A DNA stretch of 64,000 nucleotides from Felis catus (GCF_018350175.1 NC_058368.1:50531815-50595814), one strand, 5' to 3'. Positions 38,521-52,374 are shown, counted from the first letter of the stretch. The notes: generated by a model not told the origin, from the letters alone. A program made the numbers and translations.

Positions 38521-39879
38521 CCACATATTGACTAAGATATACTTTGATTAGTGCTTTTAAGTAGTGTCTTTGTCATTGTGATTAATTGTTGGTGTTTTCT
38601 TTCTTGTCTCTTGTTTACTAATGAACACCTCATCTGTCTGTACTAAGTATCAAACACTAGTTTTGCACAAGAATCTGCAACTAAGTAAAAGAGGCAAGTG
38701 TCACAGTTTGGAAAGGTTGATGAGGAACAGTCTGAGTATGGATTTGCCACCGAAAGAAGTAGAAGGAAGAGCATTGAGCCCAGGGAAATGAGAAGGAAAG
38801 CAGTAGTTAAAGGGAGCTAGACAAAGAAAGTTATGTGTATCTGTCTAGGTGATATCATATAGATACCCACAAGTGTATACACATATAATGGGGGAGGGAA
38901 ATGAGAAACCATAACCTTGTGGGAAGGGAAAGATAGAGAGGGATTTATGAGTAATATCAAATCCAAAAAAGGCCAGAGGGATAGGAATTAAGATGAGATT
39001 TATGCTTGGTATTGGGGTCTACAGTGCCCGCAATCAATAGCATCTCCCTTCTCTACTCAGGTTATGAAACAAAATTTTTCTTTTATTACTAATAGAGACA
39101 AGATTAGAAGACATGGCTTTATAGCCATTAACAAAGAGTGTTTGCTAATCCCAAACTCCAGAATTCTTTAGGCTTAACCACCTAGTGAAGGCTATACAAG
39201 CCTGTGGAAGCTTCCCTGGAGAAGAAGCACATCTCCAGGAGTAGCCGCAAAATTAGCACTTACTCCAGGCATCTTGCTCCCTAGAGGAATAAGGATGGAA
39301 CAGAACAAAGCTCATCCAGATGTTTCCAAACAGGCACATTGCTCCAGATAACTCAAGCAGAAGTAGAATGACTAAAGGGTCAGAGAAAGGCAAAAACTAT
39401 CCAAATCCCTCCTCTAGGAAACTGGGAGAAGGAAGTGTTCCCCCTAGCATTAGACTTGTAAGCCGAATGAATGATGACAGAAATGATCCCTGAAATAGAA
39501 CAAGAAGGGCAGCAGTTACAGCATGCTGAACAATCAAATATCTGATCATATGAGTAAAGGAATGAGGATGATCAATTGGAGGCCTGCTGTTAGAAAACCA
39601 CCAGCCAAGGTTTTGGTGTTGTAGAAATAGGAAAGCATTTACTGAGAAGTTTTAGGAGTAAGTAGGTAAAAACATACGGTTTAATGTCAATGACAACAAA
39701 GAAGAAAAGCATGATAAACACTTGTTTTATGGTTGTATCAAAAAGAAATCTATAATGATTATGTTAACAATACATCTTTATATATTAAAACTGTCCTTGT
39801 TGTGGGCAGTTCTCACACACACACAGTACTTTTACTGACCTATCTCTGTACCCCACAAGATAATCACTAACTATTATCC

Positions 39880-40084
39880 TTTTTTAAGTTTATATATTTA
39901 TTTTGAGAGACAGACAGAGAGAGAGAGCAGGGGAGGGGCAGAGAGAGAAGGAAAAAGAGAATCACAAGCAATCTCCATGCTGTCAGCACAGAGCCCGACA
40001 CAGGGCTTGATTTTGCAGTGAGATCGTGACCTGAGCCAAAATCAAGAGTCGGATGCTTAACGAACTGAGCCACCCAGGCGCCAC
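39880..40084 (-). mobile_element. CAN-SINE
   Basis: TSD actattat[c/t]ctt. Confidence 0.93.
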
Positions 40085-40331
40085 ACTATTATTCTTAATA
40101 ACTGCCATAGTTCTGGAAATTTTGGAAGCTTGCTAAGCTTCAAATATGTAATTGACTTCTTGTAATAGTATTTGAATGGTTAATTCCAGAAATTAAATGA
40201 AAAGAAAAAGATGTCAACTACTTAGCAACAGAATTCTGGAGCTGGAAATGCACACAGTAATCACCAGGAGCACGATGTTCTTTTCTAGCTGTGCTGCCTA
40301 TGCAAATTCTGATTGCTTTGAGCCTCTATGT

Positions 40332-40334
<3 letters not shown>

Positions 40335-40381
<47 letters not shown>
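40335..40381. repeat. (AT)23 microsatellite
   Basis: Directly visible. Confidence 0.97.
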
Positions 40382-40384
<3 letters not shown>

Positions 40385-40506
40385 GACACATGGGCCATTA
40401 CTGTCTGGACCCACACCTACTTTATGCCCTACCTCTTCATCAGAACTCCCTACTCAAGGCACAGGTTAATAATAGAAGTGTTTTTAATCTTAATAATTTC
40501 CAAATA

Positions 40507-40727
40507 GGGGTGCCTGGGTGGCTTAGTGGGTTAAGTGTCCGACTTTGGCTCAGGTCATGATCTCGTGGTCCATGAGTTCGAGCCCCGCGTCGGGCCCTGT
40601 GCTGACAGCTCAGAGCCTGGAGCCTGTTTCAGATTCTGTGTCTCCCTCTCTCTCTGACCCTCCCCCATTCATGCTCTGTCTCTCTTGGTCTCAAAAATAA
40701 AAAAACATTAAAAAAATAAAAAAAAAG
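40507..40727 (+). mobile_element. CAN-SINE (felid type)
   Basis: 12-bp TSD aatttccaaata (40495-40506, 40728-40739). Confidence 0.96.
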
Positions 40728-41054
40728 AATTTCCAAATAATGACATAGGACGTAAACCTGATTTCATTCTCATTTTGTATCACCCACCAGTTAATTTCAT
40801 ACAATATTTAATAATACTGAACTGAAGGATCAGTTAACTACAATTGTGGATTAAATAAATGACTTAATTCTGTTCTAAATTTTGGAATTCATATATTTAT
40901 TAATTTAAAGTATAAAATATGCAAAAACTATAGGAGGAAGGCAGTTTGTAATGGTATCATTATATCACACATCTATTATCATGTCATAAATCAATATATT
41001 TGTGTAAATTACAAGACAAATACACTTTCTGGATGCCTGCCTTAAAGATGCTTG

Positions 41055-41228
41055 TGTATATGCTGCTCAAGCCAGCAGTATCAACCCCAACTTGGAAATT
41101 TAGTATGCAAAATTGAGCTCTAACCCCAGACCTGCTAAGTGAGAAATCTGAGGGTTGCGACCCAGAAATCTGTGTCACAGCTAGTTCTCCGGGTGATTCT
41201 GATGCATACTCAAGTTTGAGAACCACAA
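41055..41228. mobile_element. MER5A-like element
   Basis: ccccagacctgct...ggtgattctgatgcatactcaagtttgagaaccac. Confidence 0.8.
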
Positions 41229-41879
41229 CTGTATGGGAATCCACCCTGTCTATTCTAAAATTCTCTCCCTGAATAAGAGAAGCTGAAATTGGGTCACAAT
41301 AAAACAATCATGCATTCCAGAGACATGGAAATAGTGAATTATAGTGTCATACTGAAAGTCTCTCTTAGGTAAATAAATATTTTGATGGGAATTTTTGTCC
41401 TTTTCTTGGTCTGGCAAAGATAGATTTAGGATTCAAGTGTTTATATAATACAGAATGAAAGGATGTCCATATAATTTACCACTTTACAACAAGACTAAAA
41501 GGCATAGCTATATCTCTTCAAATCCACTGAATATGACTCTGACATATTGTTCTTTCAATAAAAATGATTCTCATTCTCCAAAGATAAATTAGCTCACCAG
41601 TACTTTTACAGGAATATTTGCAGGATCATCTTGCCTTCAGCCCTTAGGACAGCCAAAGGAACAAAGAATGTCACCAAAAAGCAGCTTTAGGTTTTGCACA
41701 AAGCATTTAAACTTACAGTAACCACCAAGTGGTTCTGTTTGTGTAGATAAGGGAACACCTAGGTTTTCAGGTCTCTAAAGATTCTGCTAACTTATATGGC
41801 TTCCTGAGAATCAACTCAACATTGTTTGTATTACTAATCTAATGTTGTTCATAAGATTCTGTACTGTTGGTCTTCTTGT

Positions 41880-42660
41880 TACAGTGTGTAATAGTTTAGT
41901 CAATCGATTTCCTATTGTTCACATTATTTAGGATGTTATGAACATTGCTTTAACTAAAATCCTTATGCTTAGACACTTGTTTGATGATTTTTCCCTCAAG
42001 ATGTATTTCTTTCAAGAGCATCTTTGTGCCAAAAGGCATGTATATTTTTAAAGCATTTGATACATATTGTTATACTGTCCCAGACACCTGATACTAAATA
42101 GCAATTCAATTTTCAAGGTATTCTTTTATTCATATGCATGTTAACATTAGATGGTAATGCTATTTTTCTTCTTTTATCTAGTTATCACATTACGTGTACA
42201 TATTATTTTTTAATAAGATTTTCTTTGATTAATAGTGAGTTTCAGCATTTTAAAAATTTCTTACTAGCCAATAGTATTTCATCTTTTATTTATTTCATTT
42301 ACCAACCTTCCTTTTGGATGGATTTTAAGAGCTTACTGATCTTAAGAGCTCTTTGTATAGTCATGATGTTATTCCATTAGTGATATTAATAAATACACTA
42401 CATTTACTTCCTCAAGTATTCTGGTTTTTTTTTTTCCTTGGTTTTAATGAGATATAATTGACCTATAATATTAGGTAAGTTTCAAGTATACACTGTTGAT
42501 TTGATCGTGTTTCTATTACTTCATGTGATAAGCTTAAACAAACAATGTTATCTATCCCAAAGTTATGTGGGCTCATATGTATTTTCTTCCAGTACTTTTC
42601 TTTTTTCATTTAAACCTGTAGTACATCTGCAGCTAGTTTTGATGTAAGTGTAAGAGTCAT
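41880..42660 (-). mobile_element. Ancient L1 relics
   Basis: atttctttgattaatagtgag; gagatataattgacctataa; tattttcttccagtactttt motifs. Confidence 0.5.
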
Positions 42661-44040
42661 TTCTTCTAAAGAACTCCCCATTTCAAGGTCATATAAAATA
42701 GGAAAAAATGTGAAACTCTCAATACTAATTGACTAATTGAAAAGTTTAGAAAAATCCTGTCTTCTAATCTACAATTTGTTTAATGGCATTCTGTCATTGT
42801 GTTTCTTGTATGTCAGTGAATTGACTGGCAATTTACTGGTTGATGTGAGATAGAAAGCAAACGATTCACTAATTCAGAGCTTTCTCCAGTTAACTAGCTC
42901 CTTCTCAGATTTTTATCTGAGTTTAAGGACATTGCAGTGAGCTTTTCTTCTGACGACGATCCCAGTAAGCTATTTGTTTCAAAGCGTAGCTGTGATTATT
43001 CTGGAAAGTTGCAGCTCAAAACATACAAAGCTTTGTTCCCTTAGTCCCTCTCTATTACTCTCTGTTGTCAGCTGACATAATGTAAAGTCTGTTCCTAAGG
43101 CCAATCGCTGATTTTCCTCAGTATGTGTCTCCTTTCAGGGGAAACTGAACCATGTCTTTCATCCATGGAGGTCTGAGGCAAAGATAGCATTTCAGCGCCT
43201 CATGGACTCAGACATTCCATTTAGCTTTCAAAGTAGCTTTGAGCTGATCTTTTCTTATCAGACCCGTGCATTCCTCAGGGTGCCCTTCTGTAATCATAGA
43301 GCAGTATGTTGGGTACACTACAGACACTCGGGCCTGGTGGACTCCAAATAGAATTGCCCAACAGAGACTCCGATCTAATTCTTACTATGCCATTCATTAG
43401 CTTTCAATTCCTGCTAAACCTCCTTAATCTTAGTCTTTCAAATTTTGTATCTGCAGTGAGTGATAATAATGCTGATATATTCTACCAGGAGACTGCTAGG
43501 GATTAGCTAATTAATGGTCACAAAGAGCCTTTTAAGTAGGAAGTACCAAATATCTTCCCTGGCATAAAGCAAAATCATTTGCTTGTCTTTTCATCTGCCC
43601 TTTGTTGTCATCTGTCTTCTCTCCTCTGCTTTTGGAGTGCTTAGGCCCATCTACTTTTCAATTTAGTTCCTTCCAAAAGACCTTTAAATATAATCGAAAC
43701 TACTTTAATTCCCAATTATGGGTAAGAGATCCTGCTTCTCTATAGCTTAGTTCCTGGGGAGTGTGAATTATAAAGTGCTTCTGATTCATGGGCCATCGGA
43801 ATGTTTAAAATGTCCAAAACAAAAGCCCAACATATATAGCATAAGGAAATTTCATGAAATCAGAATCCATAGTACCAGAAACTTCACTTAACTGGAAAGC
43901 ATTTTCCTGACAATTCAGCTTTCATGAAACAGAGAGATCATGCAATCATAAATATAGTATACACAAATATAAAAATATACACACAAATTCAAGGATGTTT
44001 CACACCCTGATCAGTCTCCTCTGGAGATGTATCTATGGAC

Positions 44041-44406
44041 TAGATGGCTACATAACTTATCATTCAGGGTGCACCTGGGTGGCTCAGTTGGTTAAGTGTC
44101 TGACTTGGCTCAGGTCATGATCTCATGGTCTGTGAGTTCAAGCCCTGCATCGGGCTCTGTGCTGACAGCTCAGAGCCTGGAGCCTGCTTCAGATTCTGTG
44201 TGTCCTCTCTCTGTCTCTGACTCTCCCCGCTCACACTGTATCTCCTCTCTCCCTCTCTCTCTCAAAAGTAAATAAACATTAAAACAATATTTAAAATAAT
44301 TCAAACCAGAACACTTTTGAGAGCAAAAGAGGCACTCTCCCTGATTCTGCCAGGTCAGGCTTATACCAGAGCCATTGCAGACAAACCAGGATGGATGGTC
44401 ATCCTA
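44041..44406. mobile_element. MER94/MER81-like hAT-Blackjack element split by a SINE
   Basis: tagatggctacataacttatc[SINE]aaaccagaacacttttgagagcaaaag...aaaccaggatggatggtcatccta. Confidence 0.6.
44067..44298 (+). mobile_element. CAN-SINE
   Basis: Head cacctgggtggctcagttggttaag, CT tract and A-rich tail. Confidence 0.93.
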
Positions 44407-44744
44407 TCCATATGTCTATTGAATCATAACAATTGACATTTACATTAATGATACCGATTGATTCAGCCAGGATTTTCAGTTTCTCAGTTATTGACAAAAA
44501 TAGAAACACAGAAAGGTTTTCTGTTTAAGCCTGTGTTAATTAATTTAATTAGAAATTTCTGTTTACTAATCATTCTAGCAACATTGAGTCCTCATAATTC
44601 AGAACCAGGGCAGTAATTAAACAAAACAATTGTCTGTTTTCAGGGCATCAATTTTATGCTTTCTGTTTTGTAATGGCCCCATCATATGCATGCCCATTCT
44701 GAACTCCTGCCCTCCAGGGATGTGTAGTGGAAGGGAGTTTGGGC

Positions 44745-45226
44745 TGTAGATGGGAACAGAATATGACACCTCAAAATGTGCCATATTCACATATGGATTA
44801 TTTTGAGCTAAAGGTAATCAAGACCCAGGGGACTCAGCAAAAGCTTTTTACCTAACCATTATCTGCCTAAAAGAATTTAGAATGAGGGCCTGCAACAGAG
44901 GTAACATTTTTATCTGAGAGACTTATCTGTGTAGGAAGGCAGACATCTATTTACCAAACATTTCTTCTTTCTAACTTCCTGTGAATTGTCTTCCTCCCCT
45001 TTGAAGCTCCAGGCCCCTGTCCCTTTCCTTAGCTCAGTTTGGTACATAAGCCTCAATTGCCTGAATGCCTTTGAGTCTCCTATCTTTGTAGGACCCCCAC
45101 ATGCACACATGTGCATATGTAATTAAAATTGTTTGATTTTCTCTTGTTAATCTATTATGATGGGATAGGGTGGTCTTAGACAAGAACCTAGAAAGGTAGA
45201 GTAAAAATTATTTTTCCTCCCCAACA
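44745..45226 (+). mobile_element. MER34-like ERV1 solo LTR
   Basis: gggaacagaatatgacacctcaaaatgtgcc...ggattattttgagct...aattatttttcctccccaaca; possible gctg TSD. Confidence 0.75.
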
Positions 45227-45771
45227 GCTGATGGGGCGCTAAGTCCTTTGACCTTGTCCAGGACTGCATTATCTTAGCAGACTGTCACTCCCTCCAGAAG
45301 GGCTCATATGAGCAGGTACTGGCTCCCCACTCTGTTGCTATGGCTCTAACCATTTCCAGCTATGAACTCAAGAGCCAAGAAAGAAGCTTTTTTTTTTTTT
45401 TCTGATTTCAGTGTGAGTAAAAATCACTAGCAGGAGTTACTGGGCCCCACCCTCAGAGATGCTGATTGCTCAAAACATCCCAGGTTATTTGAAACAAGTG
45501 GCCATGGACCCCTTTGCCCAACAGAATTGTTTCCAAAATTTAAACACCAAAATTTGAATGATACCCTATCTATGGTCCATAAATATGTTTTTCCCTGTAT
45601 TTACATTGTAGCAGTTTTGACATTGATGGCTAAAACTTGAGATGCTAAACAATTCTAATATTTCCTGTAAAATAAGGAACAAGTAGGAAAACTTACATTA
45701 CTTATAAATAATTTAACTTAAATCTTAAATCATTTAAAACTGTAAGTTAATTTAAGAACCCTTCCCCCCAT

Positions 45772-45962
45772 GGGGCACCTGGTGGCTCAGTGGGTTAAGC
45801 TTCTGACTCTGGACTTTGGCTCAGGTCATGATCTCATGGTTTGTGAGTTCGAACCCTATGTCAGGCTCTGCGCTAACAGCATGGAGACTGTTTGGGATTC
45901 TTTCTCTCCCTCTCTCTCTGTCCCTCTCCCACTCATGCTCTTTGTCTCTCTCTCTCTCAAAA

Positions 45963-45997
<35 letters not shown>

Positions 45998-46043
45998 ACA
46001 AACAGACAGACAGATAGATAGATTTAAAAAACAACAACATAAA
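45772..46043 (+). mobile_element. CAN-SINE with (TAAA)n/(CAGA)n/(TAGA)n tail
   Basis: ggggcacctggtggctcag head; degenerate TSD. Confidence 0.93.
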
Positions 46044-47049
46044 AATAATCCTTTCCCCCAAACCATACTTCTTCAAATGCCTCTGGTTATTCTGAAGCAA
46101 ATGGCCAGTGGGCATCATGCAAACTGAGAAACACTGTTATTAAAGCTCAAGATCAACTTAACTGACCATGTCAAGGCTTTATATTTCATGTCAGTGATTG
46201 TGTAGATGTATAAAATGGATCCTGCACCTTTAGGATATTATTATTGTTTTTTTTGTTTTTTTTTTTTTTTATCCAACAGACCATAAGAAAACATAATAGT
46301 GTTTTGGGAATGTTTTATAATTTAGTGGAGAAAATGGCCGTTCAAAGTATATTTTATTTCCCTGATTGTTTAGAAAATGTTTGGATACCTGTGTGTGTTT
46401 CTGGACTTAATCCATCTTCCCAATTAGGCTGAAAACATTCCAAGACATAAGTTGTTATTACATTCGCTAATAATAATAATAATAATAATAGCCAACAGTG
46501 ATATGCTAAGTATATGCTAAGTGATATACGCATAAAGTCACTTAGTAGAGTTTATTCATTCTTTGATCAGTTAGTTCCATAACTATTTATTTGCCTTCTA
46601 TGAAATGTTACGTTATGTAAGATGCTGTTGATTATAAATTGATCAAATTAGATCTTGAATGAAAAAAACATGCCATAACTCAATGCCTTTTTTCATAGGT
46701 TCATTTTTCAAGCTGAGTCCTCATAAAATGTAGTAAAACAACAAAAGAGCAATGTGGCAGATGTTTTGACATCAATAAGGAATAAAGTTTCAAGATTTTT
46801 TTTTCTGCAATGGGAAAATACTGGAGTTCTCTCTGTGTTCAGTTATTGGAACTCTCCAAAGGCCCATTGTGAAAGCCATTACAAATTCTTGCAGTAAGCC
46901 AAAAATACAGAACATTGAAACAAAAATACAATAAAATAACTGCAAAGATAGATATTATCTCTAACATTCACAATCCCTGAGCTAAATTAAAAAAAAATTA
47001 AACACCATAGCCATAGAAATGTTTCCTGAGAAAACAGTAATTCAAATCA

Positions 47050-47240
47050 GAGAATTTGGCTATTTACTAGTTATAAGCCATCATAACTGAATGATTGAAC
47101 TAAGCCCCACTTGCTTCATCTATAATATGAAAGAAAATAATGCGTATTTTACAGAGCTGTTCTGAGTATTAAAGAGTTAATAAATTTCAAATAGCCCTGT
47201 GCATGGCACATAGTAAATGCTTGAGAAATATTGGCCATTA
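47050..47240 (+). mobile_element. MIR relic
   Basis: cttcatctataatatg...cagagctgttctgagtattaaa...tggcacatagtaaatgct. Confidence 0.65.
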
Positions 47241-49046
47241 ATTTGCCCTGTCAATTCATTTAATCCATTATTTCTCAGTTCTATTTTCTATAGTATAAGC
47301 ACAATAGTGTATAATACTAGGGGCTGTGATGATTTCATGGGTATTTAGATCTCATAAGATGTCTGCAATCTTAAGGATAAAAATTAAATAACTAAGTCAT
47401 TTTTCAAAATATAAGCAGAAGACCATTCATCTTATTCCTTAAAATTCACAATTCTAATTGTGCCTGATACCAGAGGCTTGAAGACAGCTTGCTTCTTTTA
47501 TACTGATCTGGGGTTGTATATTAAGCACTCCTTGCCTCAGATTCTGTACCTTATAGGAGTATAATTGAGAGGCCTTCAATTACAGAGAAAAGAACTGATG
47601 AATTGGTAAACCGTTCCCCTTGTGGGAATAATGTCTCAGACTCAATACAAATACAAATTACATTGAGAACAAGCTTGACAACTGTTTCTGAGTTTCATTA
47701 TACAGAACTTCTTACAACCCCACCAGCCCCACCCACCTCTGTATTTTTTCCTTTATTACCTTGTCATTTTATTACATATTTATAAGATCTCTCAAAAAAT
47801 TCTTCGGAAAATTCAAGGAAGGCTTAAAGGCTTTAAGCCTTTAAAGGCTTAAAGTATGGTAGATGAGGTTGTGCTTTCAAAGGTGCAAATTTTGGTATAT
47901 GAGAAATTTAGTCTGTAGGACTGATGTTTAAACTGTGTCTTCTCCTTGAGGCAACTCCCAAATGCCACTCTCCTCACCTGAGCACATTAAGGGAGCCCTT
48001 CGACATCTTCTGGATGGCTCTTGATCTCTATCTTGACCAACTGGAATTAAACATTACTTCCCAGGACAGACTGTTTGAACTCTAGCTAGGGACTATGCAG
48101 GTACCTACCTTGGCTTTTTCATCATGGAAATGTTTGATTTTTCTTCATTATTTAGCCACATATATACTGAAACATCAACATTGATTTTTCTATTCCATAC
48201 CAAAACCTCTAAAGTAAGGGATAATATTTAGTCACACTCTATTTGGCTAAAAATGCTTGCTAATGACAATGCTTCATTATTTGCCATTATTAGAATAACC
48301 AGAACAAAGACTGAAATTTTTAGCTTAATGATTGATTTGGAGAGGAAAACGATTGATTCTTTCATCAAACAGGCAGAGGACTAAATAGGGTGGTTGCAAA
48401 TGTCTTCACTTGCTTCTACCTCTTGTCAGCACCTACACATTCAAAATTTCATATTTCCTGTTTTATTCCAGTAATAAGGCAATCTAGTAGCCAGGTCTTA
48501 GAATGGGAAAAGGGGAGTGTTAAAAAGATTTTTTTTTGATAGCTGACATTCTTGATACATTTGAGTTCACACAACTGTACCAGGAAGAGAGAGTGTGTGT
48601 GTATGTGAGTAGGGGTAGCTCTTAACTTGGCTCACACAGAGTGATTTTCCTAGAAGATATTTTTTAAAGGAAATTGTATGTGTGAAGAAATGATGCAGTC
48701 ATTATTCTCAGTTAAACTTTCCAAATATATGTGAATCTCATACATTCCACTGTTTTTTTTTATTTTCCATCCAAGATTTTAGAGCATCTTCTGCTAGTAT
48801 CTCTCTCCCCACTCCTCAAATCTCATACATGATCCAAGACTGAAGTTTGGGCTCAGACAAATACACAAAATTACATGAAATATTTGAGAAAACTCCCTTT
48901 CTTCTTCCCTCCCTCCACTCCTCCCTTGTCCTTCTTCCTTCATCCAACCTTTGTCTTTTCTTCTTTTCTTCTCTTTTTGTCATTTTAAAGGGATTTTGGA
49001 TTATAATTCATACCATCCCCAGGTCAAGTTAAAAAGCCGATCTCCT

Positions 49047-49270
49047 TGGGCACCTGGGTGGCTCAGTCGGTTAAGCATTCAACTTTGGCTCAGATCACGA
49101 TCTCACAGTTCGTGAGTTGGAGCCCCGCATCGGGCTCTGTGCTGACAGCTCAGAGCCTGGAGCCTGCTTCAGATTCTGTATCTATCTCTCTCTGTCCCTC
49201 CCCCACTCATGTGCTCTCTCTCTCTCTCACTCTCTCTCTCTCTCTCTCTCTCAAAAATTAACTTTAAAAA
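49047..49270 (+). mobile_element. CAN-SINE, first of a tandem pair
   Basis: Head, (CT)n tract and A-tail. Confidence 0.93.
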
Positions 49271-49286
49271 AAGAGGCCAGTCCCTT

Positions 49287-49509
49287 GGGGTACCTGGGTG
49301 GCTCAGTGGGTTAAGCATCTGACTCTTGATTTTGGCTCAGGTCATGAACCCAGGGTCATGCGATCAACTCCCACATTGGGCTCTGTGTGGACCATGGAGC
49401 CTGCTTAAGGTTCTCTCTTTCCCTCTCTCTCTGTCTCTCCCCCAGTTGCTCATGTGTACGAGTGCACACTTCCTCTCTCTCTCAAAACTAAAAATAAAAA
49501 ATTATAAGT
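49287..49509 (+). mobile_element. CAN-SINE, second of a tandem pair (different subfamily)
   Basis: Head with gactcttgattttggctcagg insertion; A-tail. Confidence 0.92.
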
Positions 49510-49689
49510 AAAAAGCCAGTTTCCAGAAAGGGAACCACAGAGTCTTATTACCATTTAATGCAGCCTTCTGTTTCTCTTTAAGTTTGTTTCACTGACATTT
49601 AAGTATATACAGTGAAGAATTTAACACTAATAAAAATTTTGTCCCTTGATTTACCTTTTCAGACTATAAAGTTGGCATAATGTTTTGAA

Positions 49690-50285
49690 ATAGTACCCAG
49701 TATTGATGGGCATAAGTTGAAAAATGGCATTCTCATAAACAAATGATTAAACCATATACTGTATACCACTAGGGAAAGCAATTGGCCGTAATCTCAAAAG
49801 TATTAAAAATACACATAAATTGTGATCCCGTAACTACATTTCTAGGAATCTATGCTAATAGGGCAATTCAACATATACACAAATGTTTTTAAGCAATTTT
49901 GTTTATTATTCATAATGTTAGAATATGAGAAATTTCTTGAGTATCCAACGATTAAAGAATAAATCAATCATAAATGGAGTTATGATAGCATTAAAATCAT
50001 ATTTGTTTTCAAAGAAAAAGTATGCTATCTCTGTGTTTTTCAAAAAGATTTAAAAAATATGCCTAGGCAATAATACTAAACTAGAAAAAGAAGTTTTAAA
50101 AGTGTGATCATGTATGATTACAATTCTGAAACTATATACATGTGTATATAATATATGTATGAAAATAATAGAATGGAGCAAAATCTTGGTGTTCTATTCA
50201 GTTACCTCTACATGGTGATATTATTAGAGGTTTTAATTCCTTTTTAGACTTTTCGGTATTGTCTACAATGTGCAAGTATAATTGC
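49690..50285 (+). mobile_element. Ancient L1 (L1ME-like) 3' relic
   Basis: ggaaagcaattggc...catttctaggaatctat motifs. Confidence 0.6.
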
Positions 50286-51234
50286 TTCAATCTGGATTAA
50301 GTTCATTTTTAAAATATCAAATCATTTTCCATCTGTTCCACTGTTCACAATGCACAGATTCTTACTGCTATTAATTTTGCTACTATCTTCATAATATATC
50401 TTCTCTGCACTATACACATTTAAGCTTCCCAAATGCTTCCATTAAATTTCTTACATTATCTTTGATTAATAAAGGTGACTGTTGCAAAATATAAAATATT
50501 TATCTAGATTGATTTTGTGAAAAAGATGACCTCATTTATAATGCCAGAATGAATACACTATTAATAGACAATGTGATTCAAAGAAACTGAGAATCTTACA
50601 TGCATGTGAACCTTATTTAACAATATATTAGCAATAATAATATTCAGGGAATTGCTACAAATTAGTGAGATCTTATTATTGGCCTGTTTGTACTACAGCT
50701 CTCTGTTGGCAAGAGTAACAGGAATTTTCTAATGCCATGGTTTATACATAATGTCTTATGAAGAGCAATTTATCATTTATTTGATGAGGTTGGGACCAAA
50801 TTTTATAAATGACACTATTATGCTTTTCTGAATGTTGTCAGGCCACTGGGTGGAAGTGCATCATATTAACTGAATTTCAGAAGGCGCTCGTGAAAAAAAT
50901 TAAGCTTAATGTTCCAAATATGTTTTAATTTCAGATAATTTTCACCATTATTATATATCACAATCAGATGTAAATGTTAATGACATATTGGCATGCTGTG
51001 AGAGCTTTCAAAATACAATGAATGTGTCAGCTATTTTTCTTAAAAATCAAATAAAAAATCATGAATAGTCTTCTTAAACAGTGACACTTAAAGTGAGCTC
51101 CAAATAAACAATTGAAGCTTGGCAGAAGGAGAAATAGGCCAGTAGGAAAAGGGTCCAGAATACGGAAACTTCTAAGGCAAAAGGAAAGGTTGAAGAAAAC
51201 TGCTTGGTAGAGGGGAAAACTTATAGTGGAAGGA

Positions 51235-51690
51235 GATTTATTTAACAAATGTTTGTAAATCATCTACTCAGTGCCATGCATGAATTAGTACTGGGGATTT
51301 GGTGATGAGCTAGAGAAGGAATGAGGCTGGGGAGTGGAGATGAAAAGCATGACATAAACACATATACATGTGCAGAGAGGACACCTCCATGTAATCTGGA
51401 AGACCTAACCCAAACTGGAAAAAAAGGAAAGACTTCTGGAGGAAGTAACCTAGAGCAGAGACCTGCGGGAGGAAATCCTAGCCAGATTGGTAGAGTCAGA
51501 GCATCAGATCTAGGCAGACATGGAGGCTGGAGGGTGTGAGAGCCCAAGACAGTAGAGAACTAGCCAGTCAGGGAGCTTAACAAGCTCCACTATGGCTGAG
51601 TGTGGAAAGCTTGGAGGAGAGGGATCCTAGTAATGGCTGAGCAGGGGGCGGGGTTAAACATGCAGGGTGTTTTCAAGTCAAGGACTAGGA
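51235..51690 (-). mobile_element. L2 relic
   Basis: atttatttaacaaatgttt...acttctggaggaagtaacctagagcagagacctg. Confidence 0.6.
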
Positions 51691-51746
51691 TCTCTTTGTT
51701 TTTTTGAAGTTAACTTTATTTTACTGTTGTGTTGTGTTTAAAAACA

Positions 51747-51969
51747 CAATTGGTTAAGCCTCTGACTCTTGATTGGGGCTCAGGTTCTGATCTCATGGTT
51801 TGTGGGTTTGAGCCCCACATGGGGCTCTGCACTGACAGCATGGAGCCTGCTTGGGATTCTCTCTCTCCCTCTCTCTCTGCCCCTCCCCCACATGCATGCT
51901 GTCTTCTCTCTCTTTCTATCTCTTCCTCCCTTTCTCTCTCTCAGAATAAATAAATAAACTTTAAAAAAA
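51747..51969 (+). mobile_element. CAN-SINE lacking about 18 nt of its 5' end
   Basis: Begins at caattggttaagcc; the rest of the body and tail are intact. Confidence 0.9.
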
Positions 51970-52135
51970 GAGTTCTATAAATTAACTTAAGTTGTCTCAA
52001 ATATTTTCTTTGGGTTAAATTCCAAGTTATGACATTAGACTGTGTACACAATATCAAAATCACTGGTTGGACAGTGCAGGATTGGTCAACTAGTTTTAAT
52101 CTACTTTATTCTAAATGATTTAAATATAATAACAA

Positions 52136-52161
52136 TTTTTTCAATTTCTTTAATGTTTATT

Positions 52162-52207
<46 letters not shown>

Positions 52208-52374
52208 TGTGAGCGGGGGACGGGCAGAGAGCGAGGGAGATACAGAATCTGAAGCAGGCTCCAAGCTCTGAGTTGTCAGTACAGACCCTGACACAGGGCT
52301 TGAACTCACAAACTACGAGATCATGACCTGAGCTGAAGTCGGACACCCAACTGACTGAGCCACCCAGGCGCCCC
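52136..52374 (-). mobile_element. CAN-SINE
   Basis: (GA)n tract; head ending cccaggcgcccc; TSD aacaat.ttttt. Confidence 0.94.

Noticed and set aside
39290..39620. Purine-rich stretch with short open frames, possible processed pseudogene
   Set aside because: No recognisable protein similarity, poly(A) tail or TSD.
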